Positions 1 through 8,645 of a DNA stretch of 35,258 nt are shown here, in pieces. Numbering within the stretch: position 1 is the stretch's first letter; each line of letters opens with the position of its first letter. Under the pieces are notes generated by a model. That model saw only the letters and a list, made by a program, of their open reading frames with translations. It was not told the origin of the DNA and made no database searches. Source of the DNA: a virus (Duplodnaviria; Heunggongvirae; Uroviricota; Caudoviricetes); IMG/VR virus record IMGVR_UViG_3300045988_142641. One strand, written 5' to 3'. The position numbers and the translations under genes are program-made.

Positions 1-27
1 ACCAGGAACCACCTCCTTAGCCTGTGT
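1..27. other. host chromosomal flank left of prophage
   Basis: Lies outside the 28-bp att direct repeat; too short to identify the host locus. Confidence 0.5.
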
Positions 28-55
28 AATCTCCCTTACACGGGCTTATTTTTTA
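28..55. repeat. attL: prophage attachment core (attL), 28-bp direct repeat with 35204-35231
   Basis: aatctcccttacacgggcttatttttta is identical at 28-55 and 35204-35231. Its reverse complement matches the P2 attP core as I recall it (AAAAAATAAGCCCGTGTAAGGGAGATT). Confidence 0.85.
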
Positions 56-114
56 CGCGTAATACAATGAAATAAAAGGATTTATTTCTGGTCACGTCCA
101 CACATTGACCACAT

Positions 115-142
115 CGACAAAAAAGCCCCTCGACTGAGGGGC
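115..142 (-). terminator. intrinsic terminator downstream of ogr
   Basis: 7-bp GC stem gcccctc/gaggggc (125-142) with 4-nt loop, followed on the minus strand by a T6 run (plus aaaaaa 115-124). Confidence 0.6.
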
Positions 143-155
143 TTCCTGTTTGTAA

Positions 156-374
156 TTACATCCACATAATTTGCTGCCCTGACGGCAACGGGTGCGGCCT
201 TACGGCGTGGACTTCTCCCGGCTTCACGATGTATCGCTGTACCGACTCATAAGTGATGAACGTGGCACTGCAATTCACGTTCTGACACTGGTGATAACGC
301 TCTTTTGTCGTGTCAGTGATATAGCGGCTTGTACGCGCATGTGCGGCATGCTGGCATAAAGGACAATGAAACAT
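156..374 (-). CDS. ogr: Ogr late-gene transcriptional activator (zinc-finger, 72 aa)
   Basis: Translation from internal Met: MFHCPLCQHAAHARTSRYITDTTKERYHQCQNVNCSATF..., with CxxC...CxxxxC zinc-binding pattern and P2 Ogr length. The ORF track's longer 93-aa form (to 437) is probably an upstream in-frame extension. Confidence 0.85.
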   Translation of the reverse strand: MFHCPLCQHAAHARTSRYITDTTKERYHQCQNVNCSATFITYESVQRYIVKPGEVHAVRPHPLPSGQQIMWM

Positions 375-455
375 CGCGAGCACCTCTTCCGGTTTTGTTG
401 ATGGTGCCATTTTAGTTAATTTATCCTTATAAAACAAACAGATAAAATAAAAACA

Positions 456-1619
456 TCACTCATTATCTTCTGTTTCGTACTCCACATCAGAAAGCCTAAC
501 CTCAAGCTCCAAGGACGTCGTGAAGCCGCTATTATTCAGAAAATGTGTCACCTTAGTGATTGTCCAGTCCTGCTCGTCTATGACGCGCTTAAAGCCTGAC
601 ACTTTAACCGGTGTTTCCGTGTAAATATCTGCCCGACCGGTAGCCAGGCTGATGGAGAACTCCGCAACGCCCCGTTGCAGTTTATCCCACTTCGCCTGAG
701 CGGCGCGCATGGCCTGCGCTTTCGTGGCATATACCGTGGTCAGGGCAAAAACATTGTCAGCCTCACCGGCCATATATTCACCTTCGCGCGCTTCCGGTAC
801 TTTTGGCTCTTTCTTCTGCCTGACCGGTTTCGCTTTCGGGTGCTCCAGTGCGCGCAGGTGTTTTTCTTTCTTTTTGCGTTTCAGTTTTACCTTCTGCTTT
901 TGCGGCTTCGGGTCTTTGGTGTGTAACCACTTTGCCGTTACGCCGGTATAGGCTCCACGGTCAGCAATCGCAAAATGATGACGGTCGCCGTCGCTGCGGG
1001 TGATGGTAATCTGCGGGATTTTTTTACCGCTGGCCGTCACCCCCTGCCCCGCTTTGAGAAACAGCAGTTTTCCCATTTTTACCGACACCTCACTGCCGTT
1101 GCGTTCAGCAAGACGGGTCAGGAATTTCGCATCAGACTCCTGCGACTGGTCGATGTGCGGGATTTTAATTCCTGCCAGTGACGGCGCGACACTGGCTTCC
1201 AGCCTGTTACGGGAGGCTATCGCCTCAACAATCGCACCGAGCGTGGTGTCATGCCATGAGCCTTCCCGGCGGGAATTGAGCGTCCCGCGAAAATCTGCAC
1301 TCCGGGCACGGATGGTGACCACATCCGGCGCGCCCCGGTGTTCAACCTCATCAACGGTAAATTTCCCTTTGCATACCAGGGCAAAACCTTTCCAGCCGAT
1401 ATACACCGTCAGGACAGCGCCACGAACCGGCAGCCCGACCTGCCCGTCGGCATCGTTCAGTTCAATATCAAGCTGGTCAGCCTCAAAGCCCCGGTTATCC
1501 GTCAGGGTCATGCTCATCAGACGGTCACTGATATTGCCGGTAATATCTCTGCTGTCGAGCATCAGCATGTAATCCGGCGTCAGCGTACTGCCTGCATCAA
1601 ATGTCAGCGTATCCAGCAT
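456..1619 (-). CDS. D: tail protein D (387 aa)
   Basis: 387-aa ORF at the P2 gpD position next to ogr; length and synteny match P2 D. Confidence 0.85.
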   Translation of the reverse strand: MLDTLTFDAGSTLTPDYMLMLDSRDITGNISDRLMSMTLTDNRGFEADQLDIELNDADGQVGLPVRGAVLTVYIGWKGFALVCKGKFTVDEVEHRGAPDVVTIRARSADFRGTLNSRREGSWHDTTLGAIVEAIASRNRLEASVAPSLAGIKIPHIDQSQESDAKFLTRLAERNGSEVSVKMGKLLFLKAGQGVTASGKKIPQITITRSDGDRHHFAIADRGAYTGVTAKWLHTKDPKPQKQKVKLKRKKKEKHLRALEHPKAKPVRQKKEPKVPEAREGEYMAGEADNVFALTTVYATKAQAMRAAQAKWDKLQRGVAEFSISLATGRADIYTETPVKVSGFKRVIDEQDWTITKVTHFLNNSGFTTSLELEVRLSDVEYETEDNE

Positions 1620-2098
1620 TATCCCGCCCCCGTCATACCCGTGAATTTAGTTGCCATACTGCCCGCCTTACCGATGAGCGATTCCGCCTGTTTACCGATA
1701 TCGCCATAAAGCGCGGCCAGTGATTCATCAACGCGGGTAAGTGACAGCGTAAAATCAATTTTCCGGGGTGTGCCGTCTGCAAAGAAAATACTCCCTGTTT
1801 CACTCACCCTGCTGATGACATACATGCCGTAAATCATGCCGGTGCCATCCAGCAACGGCCACGCCCGGCCTTCCTCTGCCATCAGCCTGAGCGTGGTCAT
1901 CGTCAGCTTTCCGCCGGTCAGTTCGGGATAAAGCACACCGGCAAGCGTGATGTTTTCCTCGCCAACACCGAGAAACTGAAAGGCATCCCGTTTACCGATA
2001 CGGGAATTTGACGGCCAGCGATAATCTGATTCACGCTGCATGGTCTGGTGTGGCAGCGTCTGGCGCATAAAAACAAACATACCTAACGCGAGCATCAT
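1619..2098 (-). CDS. U: tail protein U (159 aa)
   Basis: 159-aa ORF between T and D, stop/start overlapping with D; P2 synteny and size. Confidence 0.85.
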   Translation of the reverse strand: MMLALGMFVFMRQTLPHQTMQRESDYRWPSNSRIGKRDAFQFLGVGEENITLAGVLYPELTGGKLTMTTLRLMAEEGRAWPLLDGTGMIYGMYVISRVSETGSIFFADGTPRKIDFTLSLTRVDESLAALYGDIGKQAESLIGKAGSMATKFTGMTGAG

Positions 2099-2112
2099 TT
2101 TTCGTCACCTCC

Positions 2113-4560
2113 TTAACCGTCATGCATCATGCTGGCACGGGCGCGCGCACGTTTATCCCGCTCGTATTTTTCGAGCGCATCCTGTAACTGGCGGTCGAGC
2201 TGTGTCCCCGGCGCAGTACCACCCGTCAGGCTGATGTGATATTCGTTTTTACTCTGGTCCACATAAGAGCGGCCAGCCGGTGCCGTGACCGGCTGATAAG
2301 CCTGATAGCCTGCATAAGAGCTGGTCGCCGGAATATAACCACCGGTGCCATACGTGGCGGCATGAGTTCTGGCGGCGGTCTGGTCAAGTGTGTCTGACTC
2401 TTTGTTGATAACACCGAGTTTTTCCAGTACCCAGTCAATACCGCTGCGCAGTTTGTTGAACGCATTAAGCGGCAGCATCAGCGCGTCAGCCAGTGCCTGC
2501 CCGAACATGACGCCCGTGTCACGGCAACGGTTCAGGGTGTCCTGGGTGGCTTTAACCGGAGCAATCAGGTTTGTAAACCACTGCCACGCGGCCTGTAACT
2601 TTTCGCCCAGCCAGTCAAACACCGGTTTCAGTGGCGTGAACAGTTCCCCCACCGGCGCAAAGGCCGCTTTCAGCCCTTCCACCACACCGCCAAAGAATGC
2701 GCTGACAGGCTCCCAGTATTTACGGATAAGCAACGCCCCGGCGACAATGGCAGCCACCACGGCCACAACCGGCCAGCTAATCGCCCCGATGGCCGTCATA
2801 ACGGCACTACCAACCGTCGTGAAGATTGCCCCCATTGCGCCTGCTGCCGCGATGATGGCATTGATGCCGGTGATAACCGGCCAGGCTATGAGGCCAATGG
2901 CACCGATGACACCAGTCAGCGCCAGTGCACCACCGACAATGATGCCGATGGTTGACGCCAGTGATTTGTTTTTCTGTATCCAGCCGTCGAGTTTTAACAC
3001 ATACTTTGTGGCCGTCTGCGTGAGATTACGCAGTGCGCCTTCCTGTTGGTCAAACAGGTCAGTCCCCACCGCCTCATAAGCGGACTGAAACTCCTTAAAG
3101 TCACCGCCGAGGTTATCCTGCATGATATTTACCAGCTCGGCGGTCTTCCCGTCTGAGGCTTTAAACGCAGCGGTCAGTTTGTCCAGCTTTCCGGTTGAGG
3201 CGGCAGTCATCAGCACGGCGGCGGCTGAGCTGGCCTCCTCCCCGAAAATAGTTTTCATGTATTCAGCCTGCTGGGCAGTACCGAGCCGGTTTTTCTCAAA
3301 ACTGGCCTGCATTTCTTTCAGAATGGTAAATATTGGCCGGGTGTTTCCCTTGCTGTCTGAGGTTTTCACTCCAAGCTCTTTGAGTGCATCCCATGCTTTT
3401 CCCGTCGGTGCCTGCAGGCGGCTTAACACGGCACGGCTTCCCGTCCCCGCCATTGAGCCTGTGATTTTTGCATCATGCAGCGCCCCGACCATTGAGGCGG
3501 TTTCTTCAATGCTGACACCGGCATTTTTTGCCACAGGTGCGGCATAGGTCAGCGCATCGCTCATGCCGTCAAAATCGGCGGCGGTTTTGTTCATCGTCAT
3601 GGAGAGAACATCCCCGATATGAGCGACCTTATCGTTTGAAAGCTGAAAGGCGGATTTCATCCCCATCAGCAGGGCGGCGTTTTCTTCCATCGTGCGGCGG
3701 TTCGCCAGCGCCATATTCAGCGTGACCGGCGTTGCCGCCTGAATGGCATCAACATCCCCACCCGCTTTCGCGATGATTATCTGTGCACCGGCCGCATCAT
3801 CCGCCGAGGCTGCGGTATTGTCACCGAGCTGGCGCGCCTGTTTGCGTAGTGCGGTCATTTCGGCGGAGTCTTTTGCCACTCCGAGCACGGCCTGCAATTC
3901 TGAGTTTTTCTGCGCAAACTCATAACCGGGCATCAGCAGCTTAACTCCGGCCATCGTTCCCGCCGCCGCAATCCCCACACCGGCAGCGCCCACCGAGGCC
4001 ATATTTCCGGCCAGTTCCTTTCCGGCCTGATAACGCTGTTTGACTGCGTTAAGTTTTGCCTGTTGCGCACTGACACGCGCCAGCGCATCACGCTGACGGT
4101 TAAGCTGTGCGGTGGTTTCACTGATACGTTTTTTCAGTCCCTGCTCATCATGTGCAAGATTGCGGGTATTAATTCCCACAGCGGCCAGTTCCCGCTGCTG
4201 GCGTTTAACGGAATCCGTCAGGCGGTTATATTTCGCCTGTAAGTCCTCCGCCGCACGCTTTGCGGATTCCAGCACTTTCGCCTGAGCACGGGTCGGACGT
4301 TCGGTGTTTTTAAACTGTGTGGCAAGGGCTTCGGCTTCCTGCCGTGCCTTTTCAAGTGCATGACCAGTCACGGCAAGCTGTGCACTGGTCTTGCGGAATC
4401 CCTCAATACGGGATGCGTGACCGTTCAGCTCGCGCAGTGATTTTTGTGTTTCCCGGATATCCCCCGACAGCGACTTACTCGCTGTACGGATGGATTTAAA
4501 CGGGCGGGATGCCTGGTCAACAGCCCTGAGCAATACCTGTAATTTTACATTGTTACTCAT
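2113..4560 (-). CDS. T: tail tape measure protein T (815 aa)
   Basis: 815 aa, Ala/Gly-rich with a central hydrophobic segment and coiled-coil-like N-terminus; position after E/E'; size equals P2 gpT. Confidence 0.9.
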   Translation of the reverse strand: MSNNVKLQVLLRAVDQASRPFKSIRTASKSLSGDIRETQKSLRELNGHASRIEGFRKTSAQLAVTGHALEKARQEAEALATQFKNTERPTRAQAKVLESAKRAAEDLQAKYNRLTDSVKRQQRELAAVGINTRNLAHDEQGLKKRISETTAQLNRQRDALARVSAQQAKLNAVKQRYQAGKELAGNMASVGAAGVGIAAAGTMAGVKLLMPGYEFAQKNSELQAVLGVAKDSAEMTALRKQARQLGDNTAASADDAAGAQIIIAKAGGDVDAIQAATPVTLNMALANRRTMEENAALLMGMKSAFQLSNDKVAHIGDVLSMTMNKTAADFDGMSDALTYAAPVAKNAGVSIEETASMVGALHDAKITGSMAGTGSRAVLSRLQAPTGKAWDALKELGVKTSDSKGNTRPIFTILKEMQASFEKNRLGTAQQAEYMKTIFGEEASSAAAVLMTAASTGKLDKLTAAFKASDGKTAELVNIMQDNLGGDFKEFQSAYEAVGTDLFDQQEGALRNLTQTATKYVLKLDGWIQKNKSLASTIGIIVGGALALTGVIGAIGLIAWPVITGINAIIAAAGAMGAIFTTVGSAVMTAIGAISWPVVAVVAAIVAGALLIRKYWEPVSAFFGGVVEGLKAAFAPVGELFTPLKPVFDWLGEKLQAAWQWFTNLIAPVKATQDTLNRCRDTGVMFGQALADALMLPLNAFNKLRSGIDWVLEKLGVINKESDTLDQTAARTHAATYGTGGYIPATSSYAGYQAYQPVTAPAGRSYVDQSKNEYHISLTGGTAPGTQLDRQLQDALEKYERDKRARARASMMHDG

Positions 4561-4980
4561 TCGTGTTTCCGCTTCGCCGGAGCGCCTTTTCGCGCCATGT
4601 GATGAGTTCGGTCAGGCTCATGGGATACAGTTCTGATGGCGGCCAGTGAAATATCACTGCCACATCCGCCATCAGGTCATCGACCGACAGATTTTTCGGA
4701 AACGTCACTGTACCGAGTTCGGCGACAAAAAACCGACCACCTTACCGGCCAGCGCCACAAGGTCAGGCAGTTCCAGTGCGGCGACTTCCTGCTCGGTCAG
4801 CATCGGTGCAGTCATGCGCGGCAGCACCTTAATCAGTGCATCGACTTCGGAGTTCGCGACCGCAGCCAGACTGACACCGCGCAGCGTCCCGGCATTGGGT
4901 TTCATCAGCGTGACCTGTTCGATGACCTGCTCACCACGCTTGACCGGATTGTCCAGGGTAATCACATTTTCTTTGTTCAT
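4553..4980 (-). CDS. E': tail assembly chaperone E+E' (programmed -1 frameshift product, ~142 aa)
   Basis: After the -1 slip at T_TTT_TTG (plus 4726-4732) my hand translation of the -1 frame runs ...VAELGTVTFPKNLSVDDLMADVAVIFHWPPSELYPMSLTELITWREKALRRSGNTNE* to a TAA at 4553-4555, just inside the T start. Confidence 0.75.
4705..4980 (-). CDS. E: tail assembly chaperone E (91 aa, zero-frame product)
   Basis: 91-aa ORF ending ...VGFLSPNSVQ*; contains the slippery heptamer near its 3' end. Confidence 0.85.
   Translation of the reverse strand: MNKENVITLDNPVKRGEQVIEQVTLMKPNAGTLRGVSLAAVANSEVDALIKVLPRMTAPMLTEQEVAALELPDLVALAGKVVGFLSPNSVQ
4726..4732 (-). other. -1 ribosomal frameshift slippery heptamer TTTTTTG
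   Basis: Plus-strand caaaaaa equals minus-strand TTTTTTG, in the zero-frame phasing GG T TTT TTG near the end of E. Confidence 0.75.
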
Positions 4981-5008
4981 GGTTTTCTCACTTCTGAATC
5001 AGGGTTAA

Positions 5009-5029
5009 CCGGTCAGCCTGGCTGACCGG
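5009..5029 (-). promoter_or_regulatory. GC-rich hairpin between FII and E
   Basis: ccggtcagc-ctg-gctgaccgg, a 9-bp perfect stem; no clear T-run, so function (attenuator or RNA-stability element) is uncertain. Confidence 0.3.
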
Positions 5030-5036
5030 ATGAAAA

Positions 5037-5555
5037 TCACAGGCCGATATTGCGGCGGTGTTGCTCCAGCCGGTCGACGCCGTTCACCTTCTCAATCATG
5101 TTGATGGTGTCGATTTCGACCAGCTCCTTACCGTCCATCGTCAGCCGGAAATAGGTGCAGACCACGGAGATTTTCGACTCAGTGTCTTCTCCCTGTTTCC
5201 CCTCGCCGGTGTCGATTTCTTTCTGACGTCCACGCATGACCACCTCGACGGCCACCGTTTCGCCGGTATCGTCGCGCTGGTAAGAGCCAGCAAAACGAAT
5301 CGGTACGGCATCCACGCCGGTTGCGGCGTAAAGCTCCCAGATAACCGAATTCGGGAAGCCCCCGAGCGACCACTCCATTGACAGCGCATCGTCATCAAGG
5401 CCGAGGTCTACCGGTGCGCTGCCGTTCATCCCCGCACCGCGATAGTTTTCGAGCTTACGGGTCAGTTTTGGCAGCGTGACGGACTTTGCAACGCCCTGAT
5501 AGCTGTAGCCGTTCAGAAAGACGTTCATTAACTTGAGTTTGCGCGGCATTGCCAT
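5037..5555 (-). CDS. FII: tail tube protein FII (172 aa)
   Basis: 172-aa ORF directly downstream of the sheath gene; P2 synteny and size. Confidence 0.85.
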   Translation of the reverse strand: MAMPRKLKLMNVFLNGYSYQGVAKSVTLPKLTRKLENYRGAGMNGSAPVDLGLDDDALSMEWSLGGFPNSVIWELYAATGVDAVPIRFAGSYQRDDTGETVAVEVVMRGRQKEIDTGEGKQGEDTESKISVVCTYFRLTMDGKELVEIDTINMIEKVNGVDRLEQHRRNIGL

Positions 5556-5567
5556 CGGTCAGGCTCC

Positions 5568-6758
5568 TTAATTGCTGTTAACCGAAGTGACCAGATTTGC
5601 CAGGTATTTATCGGTAATACGCTGGCGCAGGGTCAGGTTTTCAAGAGGAGGCACCGGTGTATAGTCGTAGTCGATATACAGTTTTCCGGCCTTGAGGGTT
5701 TCCGCATCGTTGGATTCTTCGCTGAACCAGCAGGTCGCATCCACGATATAGCCGTTTGTTTTCAGCTCACGGAATTTGGCATTGATGCCGTCAACGATGT
5801 CGCGAATCAGCGTTGCGGTGATGGGCTTGTCCACCGCCCACATGTGCGCCTCAGCCATCGTGTCGGCCAGCACCTGCGCGGTGCGGGTGTAGTTTTCAAA
5901 GAGGAACAGCGGGTCATCAGAGCAGGTACGGTTACCCCAGAAGCGGAAACCGTCGCGGCGAATCAGCGTTGTGACGCCTGACTCGTTAAGCAAGTCAGCA
6001 TCGGTGCCGGACTCCTGCAAATCCCAGAATACAGAGGCGCTGATGCCGGTAACACCGTTCACCCCGACATTGGACAGCGTTTTATGCCAGCCCTGCTCCT
6101 GGTCAATTCTGGCACGCAGACCCAGCGCACGGGCGGTGGCATACGCGGTGGCGGTAGTACTGGTGACCGTATCCCATGCGAGGAAATCCGGCCAGATGAC
6201 CATCAGCTCACGCTGGCTGAAATTCTGACGGTAGGCTTTCACCTCGGAAATGGTTTTACAGCCCCATGCGCTGATATACCCGAAAGCGCGCAGCTTCTGA
6301 CAGACGGATGCCAGTGCAACAGCCACCTCTTTGGTATCCAGTCCCGGCACACCGAGAATACGCGGTTTAACACCGGTTACCGACTCCGCCGCCAGCAGTG
6401 CTTTTAGTCCGGTGTACTGACCGTTTTCGTCGGTGGTGCCGATGATATTGGAAACGGTCTGCGCGAGTTTCGTTTCCTCGTCGTCGCCGGCGCCGTCTTC
6501 CACACGCACGACAACGGTGACCGGTTTTGACTGGTCAGCGATGGCCTGCAACGATGCCGCCAGCGTGCCTTTTTTACCGGCCTTTGCAATTGCGCTCTGC
6601 ACATTGGTAATCAGCACCGGTTTATTGAGGGGGAAGGTTTCCGCATCCGCATCGCTGGCCGTGCAGACCATGCCGACAATGGCAGTGGATACGGTGGAAA
6701 TGACACGGGTGCCGTCGTTAATCTCCAGCACCTGCACGCCGTGATGATAGTCACTCAT
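5568..6758 (-). CDS. FI: tail sheath protein FI (396 aa)
   Basis: 396-aa ORF; first gene of the FI-FII-E-T-U-D tail operon; size equals P2 FI. Confidence 0.9.
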   Translation of the reverse strand: MSDYHHGVQVLEINDGTRVISTVSTAIVGMVCTASDADAETFPLNKPVLITNVQSAIAKAGKKGTLAASLQAIADQSKPVTVVVRVEDGAGDDEETKLAQTVSNIIGTTDENGQYTGLKALLAAESVTGVKPRILGVPGLDTKEVAVALASVCQKLRAFGYISAWGCKTISEVKAYRQNFSQRELMVIWPDFLAWDTVTSTTATAYATARALGLRARIDQEQGWHKTLSNVGVNGVTGISASVFWDLQESGTDADLLNESGVTTLIRRDGFRFWGNRTCSDDPLFLFENYTRTAQVLADTMAEAHMWAVDKPITATLIRDIVDGINAKFRELKTNGYIVDATCWFSEESNDAETLKAGKLYIDYDYTPVPPLENLTLRQRITDKYLANLVTSVNSN

Positions 6759-6944
6759 CCGTTTAACTCCGTGGTTAATGGGTGCAACTATTTTCTGTTG
6801 TGCAGAGCATGAGACGCTATTTGACCTGGCTGGTCAGGGGATGAAACAACAGACAAAGAAAAGGCGGGTAATCCGCCAGCCTGCCATGATTTGCACTCAC
6901 TCATTTTCCAACTGACAATTTACATAGCCCAAACGCTATCAAAT

Positions 6945-7017
6945 CTGACAGTCTGCTTTGAGCGAATAACGGACATTGGGAACAGCATTCTGTGTGAATC
7001 AAGGGGGAGCAGGTCAC
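6945..7017. repeat. island-1 boundary repeat R1 (about 82% identical to 9914-9986)
   Basis: Shared blocks aacggacatt, aacagcattctgtgtgaatca and gggagcaggtca in the same order and spacing as in R2. Confidence 0.7.
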
Positions 7018-7285
7018 TGACTATGAACACCTCATCATTGACATGAAGCAACAATTTTCAATGCTTGGTATGTACAACATTTTCATGTCATCCTCATTGA
7101 TGTAGAATCGTCTATGATTTTTGCTTACGTGAAATATATGGAAATTCTCAGGTTGAATGTTAATGAAATAAACCATCTAAAGATTTTCAAATGCAACTTG
7201 AACTGTTATTGGTGTGCACACTGAATTCTAATTAAATATATGGGTATTGAGTAAAATATAAAACATTGATTAATAAGGAGCGTAT

Positions 7286-8155
7286 ATGATTTTTGATGAT
7301 ATTGATGGTTATTACGATTATCGGGAACTTCAATCCATTGCTGATGAAAAAAGAGTGCTGAATAAAGTCAATGCTTTTCGTCAGGAATTCACCGCTCTTG
7401 CTAGAGAATGGTCTCCTGAACGTAATTCTCAATGGATTTGCCGTATCTATTTCTGTACTAAAATGATTCTAAATGCAACTGTCGTTCTAAAACAGGCTGA
7501 ATTCGCCGAAGAAAAAAACCTGAGGGCAGCCATTCCTTACTTTCACTATTATGCTATGCTCTCAATCTTACGTTGTGTGGTCCTAACTTTGCCGACTGAA
7601 GACTGGGATAATGAGGATATTCTGAGTATCTCTCATAAAAAAGCGAGAGACAAAACCAGAGAATGGTTGGCTCGATATGATAGAGCACTGGCCACACGAT
7701 TTGATGATTTCTTCCTGACCCTTAAATCAAACAGAGAATTACTATCATATAAGGCGCCTGCCAGTGCAGACCGAAACATTAGCAACCAAGATGAGGTAAT
7801 ATATTTCTGTACTTTACTAGCAGAAGTCGCGCAATTTAACACGGCTATATTGCATAACGCTGTTGTTAGACACGCATCAGAGGATGATTTCGTTGTGTTC
7901 GATCATGACATGGCCCGCATTTATAACGTTGAGATTGAAGGGAAACGTTTCTATGATAGCGAGGACAGATATCGTCTGGATTATCTGAGACGAAAAGGCA
8001 ATATTCCTCACAGCATTCACATGACCATGACAGAGGGGCAGACTGAAGATTTCATTGGTGCCTGGGATGCTCATGACGATGATGTCGATAACGAAGAAAG
8101 CCGTTTTTACTCTGGCTCACCTTCATCATGGCAGGACATATTCGATATTCCCTGA
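7286..8155 (+). CDS. hypothetical protein (289 aa), AT-rich cargo gene
   Basis: Strong SD (aaggag, 5-nt spacer, ATG); AT-rich codon usage unlike the phage backbone; acidic C-terminus; no motif I recognise. Confidence 0.65.
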   Translation: MIFDDIDGYYDYRELQSIADEKRVLNKVNAFRQEFTALAREWSPERNSQWICRIYFCTKMILNATVVLKQAEFAEEKNLRAAIPYFHYYAMLSILRCVVLTLPTEDWDNEDILSISHKKARDKTREWLARYDRALATRFDDFFLTLKSNRELLSYKAPASADRNISNQDEVIYFCTLLAEVAQFNTAILHNAVVRHASEDDFVVFDHDMARIYNVEIEGKRFYDSEDRYRLDYLRRKGNIPHSIHMTMTEGQTEDFIGAWDAHDDDVDNEESRFYSGSPSSWQDIFDIP

Positions 8156-8274
8156 ATCATAAAAATAATTGCCAATCAATAAAACACCATACCTTTTCAA
8201 TTTTAATGGTGTAATCAGGTCGATAACCCCCTTGATGTGACCGGCTACCCGTTATCAACACTAAGTGCTGTTCG

Positions 8275-8610
8275 CTACTTCCGTTTTAGGCACAGGGCTG
8301 CTATTGCAGCCCTGACAACCTTAGACTCAATCGATTCAGAGATCTCTAACGCATCATCTACTTCAATGCCCAGATAACGGACCGTGCTTTCCAGTTTCTT
8401 ATGGCCTAACAGAAATTGGATCACTCGTAGATTCTTGGTTTTCTTGTAGATGAGGCAAGGTTTTGTTCTTCTCATGGAATGTGTGCTGTAAAGCGAATCT
8501 TCGAGACCAAGCTTTTCTACCCACCCATGAAAGATTCGGTTGTATTGCCGGGTTGATATGTGCCGATTAGTTCCGATCCGAGATCGGAACAAGAAGTCTT
8601 TACTATGCAA
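8275..8610 (-). pseudogene. tyrosine recombinase/integrase C-terminal remnant (111 aa)
   Basis: Contains HSMRRT (HxxR), LLGH and a downstream Y in RYLG, i.e. the C-terminal catalytic motifs of a tyrosine recombinase, but lacks the N-terminal half and box I Arg. The upstream space is occupied by the 3' end of the 379-aa ORF. Confidence 0.6.
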
Positions 8611-8616
8611 ATTAAA

Positions 8617-8634
8617 AGGCTGTATACACAGCCT
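8617..8634 (-). terminator. hairpin downstream of the 379-aa ORF
   Basis: aggctgt-atac-acagcct (7-bp stem), followed on the minus strand by tttaatttg. Confidence 0.4.
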
Positions 8635-8645
8635 GTTAATTTATG

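Noticed and set aside
11-20. cacctcctta, which resembles the 3' end (anti-SD) of 16S rRNA
   Set aside because: Only a 10-nt partial match inside a 27-bp host flank; the preceding bases do not match the 16S terminus (ggaacc rather than ggatca). No rRNA call is supportable.
156-437. Longer N-terminal extensions from the ORF track for ogr (93 aa), and likewise for X, L, O, P, A and C
   Set aside because: In each case an internal Met gives the P2-length protein and a recognisable conserved N-terminus; the extensions run into intergenic or upstream-gene sequence and are probably untranslated.
1000-1709. Plus-strand ORFs of 190 aa and 123 aa overlapping gene D
   Set aside because: Antisense to a well-supported 387-aa tail gene; composition-driven open frames.
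2390-3547. Long plus-strand ORFs (229 aa and 141 aa) inside the tape-measure gene
   Set aside because: Antisense shadow ORFs of a GC-rich gene; Ala/Ser/Pro-rich low-complexity translations, no RBS, and the sense-strand gene fits P2 gpT exactly.
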